A DNA stretch of 59,527 nucleotides, taken from positions 1-59,527 of the forward strand of contig RFSX01000001.1 in the NCBI GenBank assembly GCA_009923745.1, given 5' to 3'. Numbering within the stretch: position 1 is the stretch's first letter; each line of letters begins with the position of its first letter. Shown here one piece after another: positions 10,767-20,959 of this stretch. The notes beneath the pieces are model-generated. The model did no database searches and was not told where the DNA came from. It saw only the letters and a program-made list of their open reading frames with translations. Source of the DNA: Chitinophagia bacterium (lineage in GTDB: Bacteria > Bacteroidota > Bacteroidia > Chitinophagales > Saprospiraceae). The translations under genes and the position numbers were made by a program.

Positions 10767-11666
10767 CTAAGAGATTTTTATAATGTTTTTATTCAGTTCA
10801 GGCCTTCCGTATCCAAGATAGAATCCTCCACCGCCGGCTCCACTTAGTTTTATAAAATAATCCCCTGATGCCAAGCCCTCTTTCCACAGGCCTTCTATGT
10901 CTGTAATTATCATTTCTTTGAAGTGCATAAGCTGTAGCTTGCTAATCTCCAGAAAACAACTTTTAAACAGCGCAAAATCATCATTTATCAAAGCATCGAT
11001 AGCTCTGTCACCAAGTGTTTTTAGTGATAGGACTGCCTTTTCAAAGTTTTCATCTTCGAGTTTTTGTTTGAAGAGCTCAACCAAAACTGCTGTTGATCTG
11101 CTCCTGCCCGAATCAATCAGAAATAAATCCCCTGGCAGGGACACTGATTTTCTTACAGAAACAGAATCGGATGTTTTAATAATACAACTATCTAAATAGC
11201 TGCACAAAGGGTCTAGGCCAGAGCTTTGCCCATGAAAATAACTCTCTATGCCCGCCAGCTTACTTTGCAATAATTCTGGAGATTCGGGCTCGGTATTCTT
11301 GAATGCGTCAAAACATGCTGCCGAAAGCGCACCAGAACTTCCCAAGCCATAACCCACGGGAATCGTGCTGACAAAAGTGAAATCCTGATCCAAAAACCAA
11401 TCTATTTTAGCTGCATCGAGAAAATCAAAGCTTTTCAAAAACTTAAAAAAGTCCTGAGCACCCGCAGATAAGGACCCTTTACCCCATTTGCCAGAATAAG
11501 TATCCAGAGGAAATGCAATGGCAGAAGCCCCCTCAAGGACAGAGTATTCACCAAACAGCAGAAGTTTGGCAGGATATATTCTTCCAGGTAATACCAATTC
11601 TATGATTTCAGATTCAGCATTCAAGAAAAGATAAATTTCAAACTTTATCTTAAATTTGCGGCACAA
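10767..11666 (-). CDS. GHMP-family kinase (mevalonate / phosphomevalonate kinase-like)
   Basis: AKLLLFGEYSVLEG, GHMP motif PVGYGLGSSGALSAA, C-terminal KLSGAGGGGF. The start is uncertain; the first ~15 tracked residues look non-native and an in-frame TTG (..LNAESEII..) is possible. Confidence 0.7.
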   Translation of the reverse strand: MCRKFKIKFEIYLFLNAESEIIELVLPGRIYPAKLLLFGEYSVLEGASAIAFPLDTYSGKWGKGSLSAGAQDFFKFLKSFDFLDAAKIDWFLDQDFTFVSTIPVGYGLGSSGALSAACFDAFKNTEPESPELLQSKLAGIESYFHGQSSGLDPLCSYLDSCIIKTSDSVSVRKSVSLPGDLFLIDSGRSRSTAVLVELFKQKLEDENFEKAVLSLKTLGDRAIDALINDDFALFKSCFLEISKLQLMHFKEMIITDIEGLWKEGLASGDYFIKLSGAGGGGFYLGYGRPELNKNIIKIS

Positions 11667-11675
11667 TTTATAACG

Positions 11676-11831
11676 ATGCGCGCTGATACTAATTCTACCT
11701 CAAAATACTGGATAGGGTTCTTCATTTCACTGTTGGCCCTTGTAGCATTTCTTATCATTTTACCAGAATGGTTTTGGGTAACATTACCATTCCTGTTTAC
11801 TTCATTTGTCTACGCTATGCGTTGGGCATAA
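11676..11831 (+). CDS. 51-aa hydrophobic small protein (two predicted TM helices)
   Basis: Below the ORF-track cutoff. ATG...TAA gives MRADTNSTSKYWIGFFISLLALVAFLIILPEWFWVTLPFLFTSFVYAMRWA. It fills an otherwise empty 224-bp gap. Confidence 0.3.
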   Translation: MRADTNSTSKYWIGFFISLLALVAFLIILPEWFWVTLPFLFTSFVYAMRWA

Positions 11832-11890
11832 GGAAATGAACTATTTCTCCATACAACTGTAAATTAGACAGGATTTAGATTTAAGTCGAT

Positions 11891-14800
11891 TTGGGCAACT
11901 ACGAAGGTCTTCTTGAGAAATACAAAAACTCGGGAGGTGCTGCTGATATTATTTCCGGGCTGAGTACAGATAAGCCCTCACGTTTACTATTATCAGGAAT
12001 GGCAGGCGCGCAGGAATGTTTTGTCCTGGCGGCACTTTTTAAACTAACAGACTTCTCCCATATCATTCTGGCATCAGACAAGGAGGAGGCGGCATATATA
12101 CAAAACACCCTTGATCAGCTGATAGAATCACAATCCGTACTTTTCTTCCCGGACTCTTTTAGAAGACCAGCCATGTTCGAAGAGCTCGACAATAACAATG
12201 TGCTAGTCCGAACAGAGTCTGTAAATAAAATCCACTCAAATTATCATAAGAGAGAGATTCTGGTCAGTTACCCCGAAGCCATTTTTGAAAAAGTGGTTGA
12301 CCCCTCTATTCTTGATGATAAAAAGATCATTATAGAAAAATCTGAAAGCCTCGATGTTGATACAATGATCGAATTGCTAGTGGAATATGGCTTTATTCGA
12401 ACTGATTTCGTCTATGAGCCCGGCCAGTTTTCTATCCGTGGTGGCATTATTGATATATTTTCCTTTGGAAACGAGTGGCCCTACCGCGTTGAACTCTTTG
12501 ATGATGAGGTTGAAAGTATCCGATTGTTTAATCCCACAAGTCAGTTAAGCTTGAAAAACATATCTCGGGTATCGATCATTCCAAACATAAGTAATCAGTT
12601 TGGAGAGAGTCACAAGGTTTCCCTGTTCAGGATTTTCGATAAAAACACATGTGTGTGGATTAAGGATGTCAACCTGCTCATTGAAAAAATAGAGAATTGT
12701 GAAAAAAGAGCTATTGAATTCGCAGGGCATGTTAACCATACTGAAGATGAAGGACTCAAGCGGATTTTGAATGAGAAGTCTTTCGTTTATTCTTCCCAGA
12801 TAATAAAGGAGCTCAGCGCATACAATGTCCTTTTATTGAAGGACAATGAGCATGGTTTGGCCTTTGATAAAGAAATAAAATTCTCAGGCAAGCCGCAGCC
12901 AAGCTTCAACAAGAACTTCAACATGCTCATTGAAGACCTAAAGAATAATATTTCCGGTGGTGTTGATTGTTATATGTTTACAGATAACAACAGGCAGATT
13001 GAACGTTTTTATAACATCTTTGAAGACCTTAAATCAGACATAGACTTCCATCCCATTTTGAAAGGCATCCATTCAGGCTTTATCGATGACCAACTCAAGG
13101 TAGCCTGCTATACGGACCACCAGATTTTTGAAAGGTTCCACCGCTATCGCCTGAATAAAGGATTTACCAAGGAGCAGGCGATGAATCTGCGCATGATCAA
13201 AGAGCTTAGGCCCGGAGATTATGTAACGCACATTGACCATGGTATTGGAAAATATTCCGGCCTGGAAAAAATTAACATTAACGGACATGAACAGGAATCC
13301 GTAAGATTGATATATCTGAATAATGATGTGCTGTATGTAGGTATAAATTCCCTGCACAAGATTTCCCGTTATATCGGAAAAGACGGGAGCGCCCCCAAGC
13401 TGTCTAAAATAGGCGGAGAGGCCTGGAAAAACCTGCGCCGAAAGACCAAGAGAAAGATAAAGGATATTGCCAAAGAGTTAATCAAGATCTATGCAAAAAG
13501 AAAGGCTTCAAAGGGCTTTTCTTTTCCGGAGGATGGCTATCTGCAAAATGAGCTGGAAGCCTCTTTTATGTACGAGGACACCCCGGATCAATACGATGCC
13601 AGTGTCGCTGTCAAAGAAGATATGCAAAAAGAATATCCTATGGATCGCCTCGTCTGTGGGGACGTTGGGTTCGGGAAAACAGAGATTGCTGTACGTGCCG
13701 CCTTCAAAGCCGTTCTGGGAGGCAAGCAAGTCGCTATTCTTGTTCCTACAACCATTCTGGCTCTGCAACACTACAAGACCTTTAAATCGAGACTGGAAGA
13801 ATTCGGTGTTGACCTAGACTTTATTAATCGATTCAGGACAACCAGAGAAAAGAATGCGATCCTCGCCAAGTTGGAGGAAGGAAAGCTGGATCTCATAATC
13901 GGCACTCATGCTCTTTTGGGTAAAAAAATCAAATTCAAGGACCTGGGTTTGCTGATCATTGATGAAGAACAGAAATTTGGCGTGGCAGCAAAAGAAAAGC
14001 TGCGGAAAATAAAAGTCAATGTAGATACGCTAACCCTGACGGCAACACCCATTCCGAGAACCTTGCAGTTTTCACTGATGGCCGCACGCGACCTGTCTTT
14101 GATAAAAACACCACCCCCCAATCGCCAGCCGATACACACCGAAAGGCGCACATTCAGTGACAATTTGATAAAGGAATCCATTTACTATGAATTTATGCGG
14201 GGAGGCCAGGTTTTCTTTGTACACAACCGTGTGAAATCCCTGCCCGACATAACGGCCATGATAAAACGCCTGTGCCCTGATATGGAAATAGCAATGGCTC
14301 ATGGCCAAATGGACGCCAAAGTGCTTGAAAAAACGCTTATCGATTTTATAGATGGAAAATTTGATGTCCTGGTATGCACCAACATCATTGAAACAGGCCT
14401 GGATATCCCGAATGCCAATACCATGATTTTGAATAATGCCCATCAGTTTGGACTGAGCGATCTTCACCAACTCCGGGGACGTGTGGGTCGATCAAATAAA
14501 AAAGCATATTGTTATCTGTTTACACCCCCTTTATCGAGTTTGACCAGCGATGCCCGAAAGCGCCTCAAAACAGTAGAGGAGTTCTCCGACCTGGGCAGCG
14601 GTTTCCATATCGCCATGAAAGACCTGGATATACGGGGAGCAGGGAATCTTTTGGGTGGAGAACAAAGCGGATTTATTGCCGACATAGGGTATGAAACATA
14701 TCAGAAAATACTTGAAGAAGCGATTCATGAACTAAAGGAAAACGAATTCAAAGATCTTTTCAAGGAAGAGATAGAGAAGAAAAGGGAATATGTGTCAGAG

Positions 14801-15259
14801 GTAGAAATAGATACCGATGTGGAAATGCTTATCCCGGACGAATATATCAACCTTATACAGGAACGCTTATCCATCTATACAGAGATGGGTAATATCGAAA
14901 AAGAAGAGGAGCTTGATGCATTAAAAGCTAAATTGAAAGACAAATTTGGCCCTTACCCCAGACAGGTTGAAGAATTGTTTCATGGCATCAGACTCCGGTG
15001 GGCCTGCAAGAAGATGGGTATAGAACGCCTTTCACTAAAAAATGGAAAAATGAGATCATATTTTGTGGGTAATCCGCAATCCAGTTTTTACGAGAGCGCG
15101 GTGTTTAAAAAATTATTGTCCTATATTTCAACACGCGGGCACGAAAAAGGTCTTAGTCTCAAGCAGTCCAATAAATACCTGATAATGGTTAAAGAAAAAG
15201 TATACAATCTCAAAGCGTGTTTGTCAATAATTTCAAAACTTAACAAAGAGATCGAATGA
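11891..15259 (+). CDS. mfd: transcription-repair coupling factor Mfd
   Basis: 1122 aa. UvrB-homology N-terminus, CarD-like RID (..GDYVTHIDHGIGKY..), Walker A GDVGFGKTE, DEEQKFG, TRG motif region. TTG start. Confidence 0.97.
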   Translation: MGNYEGLLEKYKNSGGAADIISGLSTDKPSRLLLSGMAGAQECFVLAALFKLTDFSHIILASDKEEAAYIQNTLDQLIESQSVLFFPDSFRRPAMFEELDNNNVLVRTESVNKIHSNYHKREILVSYPEAIFEKVVDPSILDDKKIIIEKSESLDVDTMIELLVEYGFIRTDFVYEPGQFSIRGGIIDIFSFGNEWPYRVELFDDEVESIRLFNPTSQLSLKNISRVSIIPNISNQFGESHKVSLFRIFDKNTCVWIKDVNLLIEKIENCEKRAIEFAGHVNHTEDEGLKRILNEKSFVYSSQIIKELSAYNVLLLKDNEHGLAFDKEIKFSGKPQPSFNKNFNMLIEDLKNNISGGVDCYMFTDNNRQIERFYNIFEDLKSDIDFHPILKGIHSGFIDDQLKVACYTDHQIFERFHRYRLNKGFTKEQAMNLRMIKELRPGDYVTHIDHGIGKYSGLEKININGHEQESVRLIYLNNDVLYVGINSLHKISRYIGKDGSAPKLSKIGGEAWKNLRRKTKRKIKDIAKELIKIYAKRKASKGFSFPEDGYLQNELEASFMYEDTPDQYDASVAVKEDMQKEYPMDRLVCGDVGFGKTEIAVRAAFKAVLGGKQVAILVPTTILALQHYKTFKSRLEEFGVDLDFINRFRTTREKNAILAKLEEGKLDLIIGTHALLGKKIKFKDLGLLIIDEEQKFGVAAKEKLRKIKVNVDTLTLTATPIPRTLQFSLMAARDLSLIKTPPPNRQPIHTERRTFSDNLIKESIYYEFMRGGQVFFVHNRVKSLPDITAMIKRLCPDMEIAMAHGQMDAKVLEKTLIDFIDGKFDVLVCTNIIETGLDIPNANTMILNNAHQFGLSDLHQLRGRVGRSNKKAYCYLFTPPLSSLTSDARKRLKTVEEFSDLGSGFHIAMKDLDIRGAGNLLGGEQSGFIADIGYETYQKILEEAIHELKENEFKDLFKEEIEKKREYVSEVEIDTDVEMLIPDEYINLIQERLSIYTEMGNIEKEEELDALKAKLKDKFGPYPRQVEELFHGIRLRWACKKMGIERLSLKNGKMRSYFVGNPQSSFYESAVFKKLLSYISTRGHEKGLSLKQSNKYLIMVKEKVYNLKACLSIISKLNKEIE

Positions 15260-15783
15260 GTTCTTTCAGCAACGAACAATTAAACAGTATTGATCTTCCA
15301 CGTGTTGAAGACATATGCTTTGTGCCGATTGAAAAAGACTACTTGAAAATTCTTCTTCTTTACATCAGCTTATCCAACATTATTCTCACAGTAATTCTTT
15401 CCGCCTATTTTATATTCAAGCCCTTTGCTTTGCCTTCAACAGCGCTGTACAGTATTCTGACCATAGCAAGTATAAGGATAGCCTGGAGTTTTTACAGTAC
15501 AGTAAAGTCGTTCCCTCATAAAGCATTTGCCTTGCGCGAAAAAGATATTATCTACAAGTCGGGCTGGCTGTGGCGCCATATGGTTACGGCGCCCTTTAAC
15601 CGGGTACAACACATACAGATTGATCAGGGTGTTCTGGAGCGTCAATTCAATCTTTCCAAACTGAAAATATTTACAGCGGGCGGCAGTAGCAGTGACATTA
15701 CGATCCCCGGCCTAAGGCCAGAACAATCTGCGCGACTCAAGCAATTCATAGTAGCAAAAACAGCTCTTGATGAAGAAGAGTAA
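15256..15783 (+). CDS. membrane protein with one bacterial PH (bPH_2) domain, YdbS-like
   Basis: Two TM helices then ..YALREKDIIYKSGWLWRHMVTAPFNRVQHIQIDQGVLERQFNLSKLKIFTAGG.. (bPH_2 pattern). The ATG overlaps the mfd stop (ATGA at 15256-15259). Confidence 0.8.
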   Translation: MSSFSNEQLNSIDLPRVEDICFVPIEKDYLKILLLYISLSNIILTVILSAYFIFKPFALPSTALYSILTIASIRIAWSFYSTVKSFPHKAFALREKDIIYKSGWLWRHMVTAPFNRVQHIQIDQGVLERQFNLSKLKIFTAGGSSSDITIPGLRPEQSARLKQFIVAKTALDEEE

Positions 15784-17278
15784 GTCATTTGACCTGAGCC
15801 AACCCACCAGGCAGTCTTATGCGGCGATACTGATTATTATGTATCGCTTATACCGCGTTATCATACGGCAACTGTTACCTGTTGCAGTCATCATTCTCCT
15901 GCAGGGAAAGCTCGATAAGTCAGGGTGGTTTCTTTATCCGATTATAACAATTGCCGTCATTGGTGCCGCATATAGTATCCTTGCTTTTTTCAGATATTAC
16001 TTCTATCTGGAAAAAGATAAGCTGATCGTCAAAAAGGGGGTTCTTAAGCGATCAACTCTTGAAATTCCCTTCGATAGAATTCAATCGGTCAACTTCGAAC
16101 AAAACCTTATACACCGATTGTTTTCTGTGGTTAAACTGAACATGGACACCGCGGGAAGCACTGGCAATGAGCTGCAGCTGTATGCTCTCAACAGGGATAT
16201 GGCATCACAGTTGAGTGAGCTTATTTTACAGTCAATAAATTCGAAAAAGAAAAGTCTGGATATCTCCGAGAATAAGACAACACCTGTAGATTCCAGAAAA
16301 CAGATCTTTGGATTAAGCATCGGGCAGCTATTGAAAGTAGGCATCACAGAAAACCATATTCGTTCGGGAGGGATAATTGTTTTTTTTCTGTTTTATATCT
16401 GGGACAGCCTGGAAGACTTTGGCGTCGACCTGATTGAAAAAGGAGAACAATATATGCCGGTAGCACAACAGCTTGTTCAAAGCATGGCTATCGTTATTGT
16501 TCTCGTTATTCTCTTCAGCATCATTGCTTTTACGATTTCAATGGTACGAACAGTATTGAACTACTACGATTTAAAAATGTACAGAAAGGGGCATGGTTTT
16601 GTGGTCGTATCCGGGCTGCTCAACAAAAATGAGCGGGCCGCTAAAGACGAAAAAGTACAAATCCTAAAATCCTCTCAAAACCTTCTCCAGTCATGGGCGG
16701 GTATATATGAGCTGGTTTTTAAACAGGCTTCAAGTGCTCAAGCCTCGGAGGCAAAATCTATAAAAAGCATTGGACTTTCTAAAGAAAATCTTTTTGAAGC
16801 CGAAGCCTATCTCCTCAAAAAGAACCATAATGAAAGTCGATCACTGAAAATGAAGGGTGTCGATTTCTATTTCCTGTACAAGAGACTTTTCTACTGGACA
16901 AGCCTCATGATTGCATTGACTATCTTTTTTGTATACAACAACAAAATTGATACCCTTGTAATAAGTCTCCTGCTTTACAGCCTGGCCATATATGCTTCTT
17001 ATCTGGCCTATAAGAAGAAACGATATGCCTGGGGGAGTAATATATTCAGATTGGATGCAGGGGTCTTTGGCCGCTCAAGACAAGTAGTCGAGAATCATAA
17101 AATTCAAAATATACATTTGAAAGAAACTCCTTTTCAAAGAAGACGTGGCCTTTCCACGGTTGAGCTGCATACTGCCTCTGGTGTGCTGACTGTTCCCGAC
17201 ATAAAAAGGCATGATGCCTACAGCATGAAGAACTACCTTTTATATAAAGTGGAGAGCAGCAAAAAGAAATGGATGTAA
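15770..17278 (+). CDS. membrane protein with three bPH_2 domains, YdbT-like
   Basis: Three repeats of a TM pair followed by ..IPFDRIQSVNFEQNLIHRLFSVVKLNMDTAG.. / ..ELVFKQASS.. / ..HKIQNIHLKETPFQRRRGLSTVELHTASG... The ATG at 15770 overlaps the upstream gene by 14 nt. Confidence 0.8.
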   Translation: MKKSKSFDLSQPTRQSYAAILIIMYRLYRVIIRQLLPVAVIILLQGKLDKSGWFLYPIITIAVIGAAYSILAFFRYYFYLEKDKLIVKKGVLKRSTLEIPFDRIQSVNFEQNLIHRLFSVVKLNMDTAGSTGNELQLYALNRDMASQLSELILQSINSKKKSLDISENKTTPVDSRKQIFGLSIGQLLKVGITENHIRSGGIIVFFLFYIWDSLEDFGVDLIEKGEQYMPVAQQLVQSMAIVIVLVILFSIIAFTISMVRTVLNYYDLKMYRKGHGFVVVSGLLNKNERAAKDEKVQILKSSQNLLQSWAGIYELVFKQASSAQASEAKSIKSIGLSKENLFEAEAYLLKKNHNESRSLKMKGVDFYFLYKRLFYWTSLMIALTIFFVYNNKIDTLVISLLLYSLAIYASYLAYKKKRYAWGSNIFRLDAGVFGRSRQVVENHKIQNIHLKETPFQRRRGLSTVELHTASGVLTVPDIKRHDAYSMKNYLLYKVESSKKKWM

Positions 17279-17442
17279 AAACCCCCGCTAAAACTTAACA
17301 GGCGATAAAGTATAAAAGGGTATTAAAATCAATATCAGACCTAAGGCATTAATCGGAGATATCTTAATCCTAAGCTCAAATTATATAAACCGGTTTACAT
17401 TTTAATTCAATAAATTTACCCAACAACTCAAGATTTTAAAAT

Positions 17443-17580
17443 ATGAATAAACTGCTTATATGTGGTGTCCTGATCTACTTTGCCTACAGACTTTTTGTAC
17501 CTAAATTCCTACAGGAAGGACGCAATGATCAGCTCCAAGCTGATGAGGAGGAGTATACAGATTATGAAGAAATAGACTAA
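17443..17580 (+). CDS. 45-aa small protein: N-terminal TM helix plus an acidic C-terminus ending YTDYEEID (DUF4834-like, from memory)
   Basis: Below the track cutoff. MNKLLICGVLIYFAYRLFVPKFLQEGRNDQLQADEEEYTDYEEID. Confidence 0.4.
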   Translation: MNKLLICGVLIYFAYRLFVPKFLQEGRNDQLQADEEEYTDYEEID

Positions 17581-17588
17581 GCTCGAGC

Positions 17589-18278
17589 ATGCCTGATGTG
17601 TCATCTCTAATAATCCACTCAAACGACAAATTTCTTGTTGTAAACAAGCCGGGGGGTATGCTCTCTCAAAAAAGCAGAGATGCGAAGGAGCTAGACCTTA
17701 CAAGCCTTTTGAATGATCACTTTGGAAAGCCTCTCCATATCCTGACGCGCCTTGACAGACCGGTAAGTGGCTTGACATTGTTCGCATCCGATACACACTT
17801 CAATAAACATTTCTTAAACCTGCAATTAAATAAAAAAGTCGAGAAAAAATACCTCGCCCTGGTTGAAGGCATCCTCGACATAGATCGATCAGAAAGCCAC
17901 TACGGCTTTCATGATAAAAGAGCTGCAAGGTGCCGTATTAAAAACCAAGCATCAGCCGGCGATAAGGAAATGACGGCTCATTTCAAAACACTCCTACAGC
18001 TCGATCGATATACATTGATACAGGTCACCATACACAGTGGTCGATTCCATCAAATCCGTGCTCAGTTATCACATTTAGGACATCCTGTAAAATGTGATTT
18101 GAAATATGGCGCTAAAAGAAGGAGTGGCGAATCATTTATTTTCCTGCATGCATTACGCCTGAGTATGAAGGATGAAAACGAAGACACCCTAAATTATACA
18201 GCAGCTTTGCCTAAAAATATACATCTTTGGGATCTCGTTGCTGACACCTTAAAATTGCCAATTCATGGAGGAATTTAA
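17589..18278 (+). CDS. RluA-family pseudouridine synthase
   Basis: LVVNKPGGM, catalytic-Asp motif TRLDRPVSGL, HQIRAQLSHLGHPV. Confidence 0.85.
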   Translation: MPDVSSLIIHSNDKFLVVNKPGGMLSQKSRDAKELDLTSLLNDHFGKPLHILTRLDRPVSGLTLFASDTHFNKHFLNLQLNKKVEKKYLALVEGILDIDRSESHYGFHDKRAARCRIKNQASAGDKEMTAHFKTLLQLDRYTLIQVTIHSGRFHQIRAQLSHLGHPVKCDLKYGAKRRSGESFIFLHALRLSMKDENEDTLNYTAALPKNIHLWDLVADTLKLPIHGGI

Positions 18279-19323
18279 TACTAAGTTTACAGATGTAAAT
18301 ACCTTGGGGGAATTCGGTCTTATTGATCACCTCACCAAAGACTTCATTCCGCAACACAAATCTACCGTAAAGGGTATAGGCGATGATGCTGCGGTGATTG
18401 ATTGTGGGGACTCCTGCGTCCTGGTGTCGACTGACCTGCTGGTAGAAGGCATACATTTTGACCTAATGTATACTCCCCTCAAGCATCTTGGATACAAGTC
18501 CGTAATTGTAAATCTCTCTGACATCTATGCGATGAATGCTCAAGCTGAGCAAATCACCGTTTCCATAGCCCTCTCAAGTAAGTTTTCAGTTGAGGCATTA
18601 GAGGAGCTGTATAAGGGAATCCACGAAGCTTGCCGAATTTATAATGTTGACCTTGTGGGAGGAGATACAACTTCTTCGCCAAAAGGACTTACAATCAGCA
18701 TAACAGCCATCGGAAAAGCCAAAAAGGACAAGGTCGTCTACCGTTCCGGAGCCAAAAAGGGAGACATCGTCTGTATAAGTGGTGACCTTGGCGCTGCATA
18801 CCTCGGTCTCCAGATATTAGAGCGAGAAAAACAGCTCTATCTCAACAATCCAGGCATACAACCCGATCTTGAAAACCAGAAATATCTTCTGGAACGACAA
18901 CTAAAGCCGGAAGCACGAAAAGACATTATAGATTATTTCCTGAAGTCTGAGCTCAAGCCAAGCGCTATGATTGACATTTCTGATGGCCTTGCGTCCGACC
19001 TCATGCACATCTGCAAAGAGTCGAATGTGGGCGCATATCTCGAAGAAGGTAAAATTCCCATCAAGCAGGAAGCACAGCTGATGGCGATCAAGTTTCAACT
19101 AGATCCGGTTACCACAGCACTAAATGGTGGAGAAGATTACGAACTGCTTTTTACTGTAGATGAAAAAGACCTCGAAAAAATACGCCTGATGCCCTCTGTA
19201 TACATTATCGGTGAGATCACCGACAGGAAAGATGGTATTACGTTGCACACCACGGGAGGTAACATCCACCCTTTAAAAGCCCAGGGCTGGAACCACTTTA
19301 ATCCTGCCGAAGAGAATAATTAA
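18265..19323 (+). CDS. thiL: thiamine-monophosphate kinase
   Basis: GEFGLIDHL, GIGDDAAVI, LVSTDLLVEGIHF, GGDT, EDYELLFT. 14-nt overlap with the rluA-like gene. Confidence 0.9.
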   Translation: MEEFNTKFTDVNTLGEFGLIDHLTKDFIPQHKSTVKGIGDDAAVIDCGDSCVLVSTDLLVEGIHFDLMYTPLKHLGYKSVIVNLSDIYAMNAQAEQITVSIALSSKFSVEALEELYKGIHEACRIYNVDLVGGDTTSSPKGLTISITAIGKAKKDKVVYRSGAKKGDIVCISGDLGAAYLGLQILEREKQLYLNNPGIQPDLENQKYLLERQLKPEARKDIIDYFLKSELKPSAMIDISDGLASDLMHICKESNVGAYLEEGKIPIKQEAQLMAIKFQLDPVTTALNGGEDYELLFTVDEKDLEKIRLMPSVYIIGEITDRKDGITLHTTGGNIHPLKAQGWNHFNPAEENN

Positions 19324-20005
19324 GTTCGAAGCGTATATACTTAATGGTCTTACCCTTCTGAAGGTGCATCCTCTCATAATAGGTGGGGATGTCCAGGTCG
19401 GGGTGCGGCAGCTTACCGGAATATATATCGTCATTTACCACCTGCGGCTTAATGCCTTGCTCCTGCAAAACTTCCAGCGTATGCTCAAACAATTCATCAG
19501 AATCTGTTTTCAGATGTATAGGTGCTCCCGGCTTAAGCAATTGAGCGTACCTGTCCAAAAATACCGGTGAAGTCAATCTTCTGTTGTATTTGCTGGACTT
19601 TAAAAATGGATCTGGAAAGGTTATCCATATTTCATCAACTTCATCTTTTCCCAAAAATTGTGTGATAAACTCAATCTTGGTTCTTAAGAAAGCAACATTA
19701 ACAAGCCCTTCCTTTAAAGCTATGCTTGCTCCTTTCCAGATCCGCGCTCCCTTGATATCTACTCCGATAAAGTTTTTTTCAGGATACCTGCGTGCCAGAT
19801 CGAGTGTATACTCCCCTCGCCCGCATGCCAATTCCAGGCAGATGGGATTTTGGTTTTTGAAATGATCCGAATGCCACTTCGAAGCCATTTTAACATGACT
19901 ATCACTATAGTGGACCAGGTCATCCGTGTCGGGATCAAAGTTTTCATAAACATTCGGAAATGTTAATAATTCTGTAAACTTCAGCAATTTGTTCCTTCGT
20001 GCCAT
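19298..20005 (-). CDS. trmB: tRNA (guanine-N7)-methyltransferase
   Basis: ..ICLELACGRGEYTLDLARRYPEKNFIGVDIKG...ITFPDPF..K..NRRL is the TrmB pattern. Confidence 0.9.
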   Translation of the reverse strand: MARRNKLLKFTELLTFPNVYENFDPDTDDLVHYSDSHVKMASKWHSDHFKNQNPICLELACGRGEYTLDLARRYPEKNFIGVDIKGARIWKGASIALKEGLVNVAFLRTKIEFITQFLGKDEVDEIWITFPDPFLKSSKYNRRLTSPVFLDRYAQLLKPGAPIHLKTDSDELFEHTLEVLQEQGIKPQVVNDDIYSGKLPHPDLDIPTYYERMHLQKGKTIKYIRFELNYSLRQD

Positions 20006-20026
20006 CTAAAAGCGGAGTTTTACGTA

Positions 20027-20959
20027 TTGGATATGCAAAGTAAAAATATCTCTATTTTCGGGGCAAAATTTAAAATTTTGAAGAATCTGATTCTCCTTTT
20101 CCTGATGTGCTTTTCCGTAAGCTTGTTTTCCCAACACAAAGTAGGTGTTCGAACGGGACTTAATTACAGTAAGTACAGTGGACCACTAGAGCCTGGAGAA
20201 AGTTACGGCATAAGCAATGGCTTCCACTTTGGCATCAGCTATATGTACAAGCTGCCTGACTTTCCCATAGGCTTCAAAGGTGAATTGTTGTATACGCAAC
20301 GCGGCAGTAAACAAAATTTCCTGGACAGCCTTAGTTACCTTATAATTGACCCCATTGCACCAGCCAACCTGGAGACATTCATCGAAACCGGCAAGAAAGA
20401 CCTTGAGATGGATATTACTGCCGGCTATCTTTCAATTCCCCTGACAGTTCATTATAAACCGATCAAAAAATTTGAATTTCTTGCTGGTGCCTCTCTTGAC
20501 TTTCTTGTCGGGCCTTCAGCCCGGGGAAATGTCGAATTTGTCAGTAAAGATCGTCCGGATGAAATCCGATTCATCCAGTCTCTTGATCATGGCTATGGGT
20601 CAGATGGGGCTGGCGAATACAACACCTTTAATAATGAAAACATCATAATCCTTGTCGACGGCGAACAGGTGACTGTTCCAAAGATTATTGGTGCGTATTA
20701 CGACTTTACAACAGAACAACGCCAAAGAGGCAATCGCTTGAATGGTTTTAATGCACACCTGATAGGCGGACTTAACTATTTTGTAAATGGTCAATTTTAT
20801 ATAGGCGCCCGCTACGAATATGGCTTACTGGATGTGACCAATAATGCTGTTGATTACAGCCTGTCAGAACTGGATAACAATAGTGAATTTATTTTCAGAG
20901 ACGACTCTGATAAGCCATATACAATTTCGATTTCAATTAGCTTTACCATTGGATCCTAG
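20027..20959 (+). CDS. outer-membrane beta-barrel protein (porin family)
   Basis: Signal peptide ..LILLFLMCFSVSLFSQ, alternating beta-strand pattern, terminal aromatic region. The start is uncertain (TTG at 20027 or ATG at 20033). Confidence 0.6.
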   Translation: MDMQSKNISIFGAKFKILKNLILLFLMCFSVSLFSQHKVGVRTGLNYSKYSGPLEPGESYGISNGFHFGISYMYKLPDFPIGFKGELLYTQRGSKQNFLDSLSYLIIDPIAPANLETFIETGKKDLEMDITAGYLSIPLTVHYKPIKKFEFLAGASLDFLVGPSARGNVEFVSKDRPDEIRFIQSLDHGYGSDGAGEYNTFNNENIIILVDGEQVTVPKIIGAYYDFTTEQRQRGNRLNGFNAHLIGGLNYFVNGQFYIGARYEYGLLDVTNNAVDYSLSELDNNSEFIFRDDSDKPYTISISISFTIGS

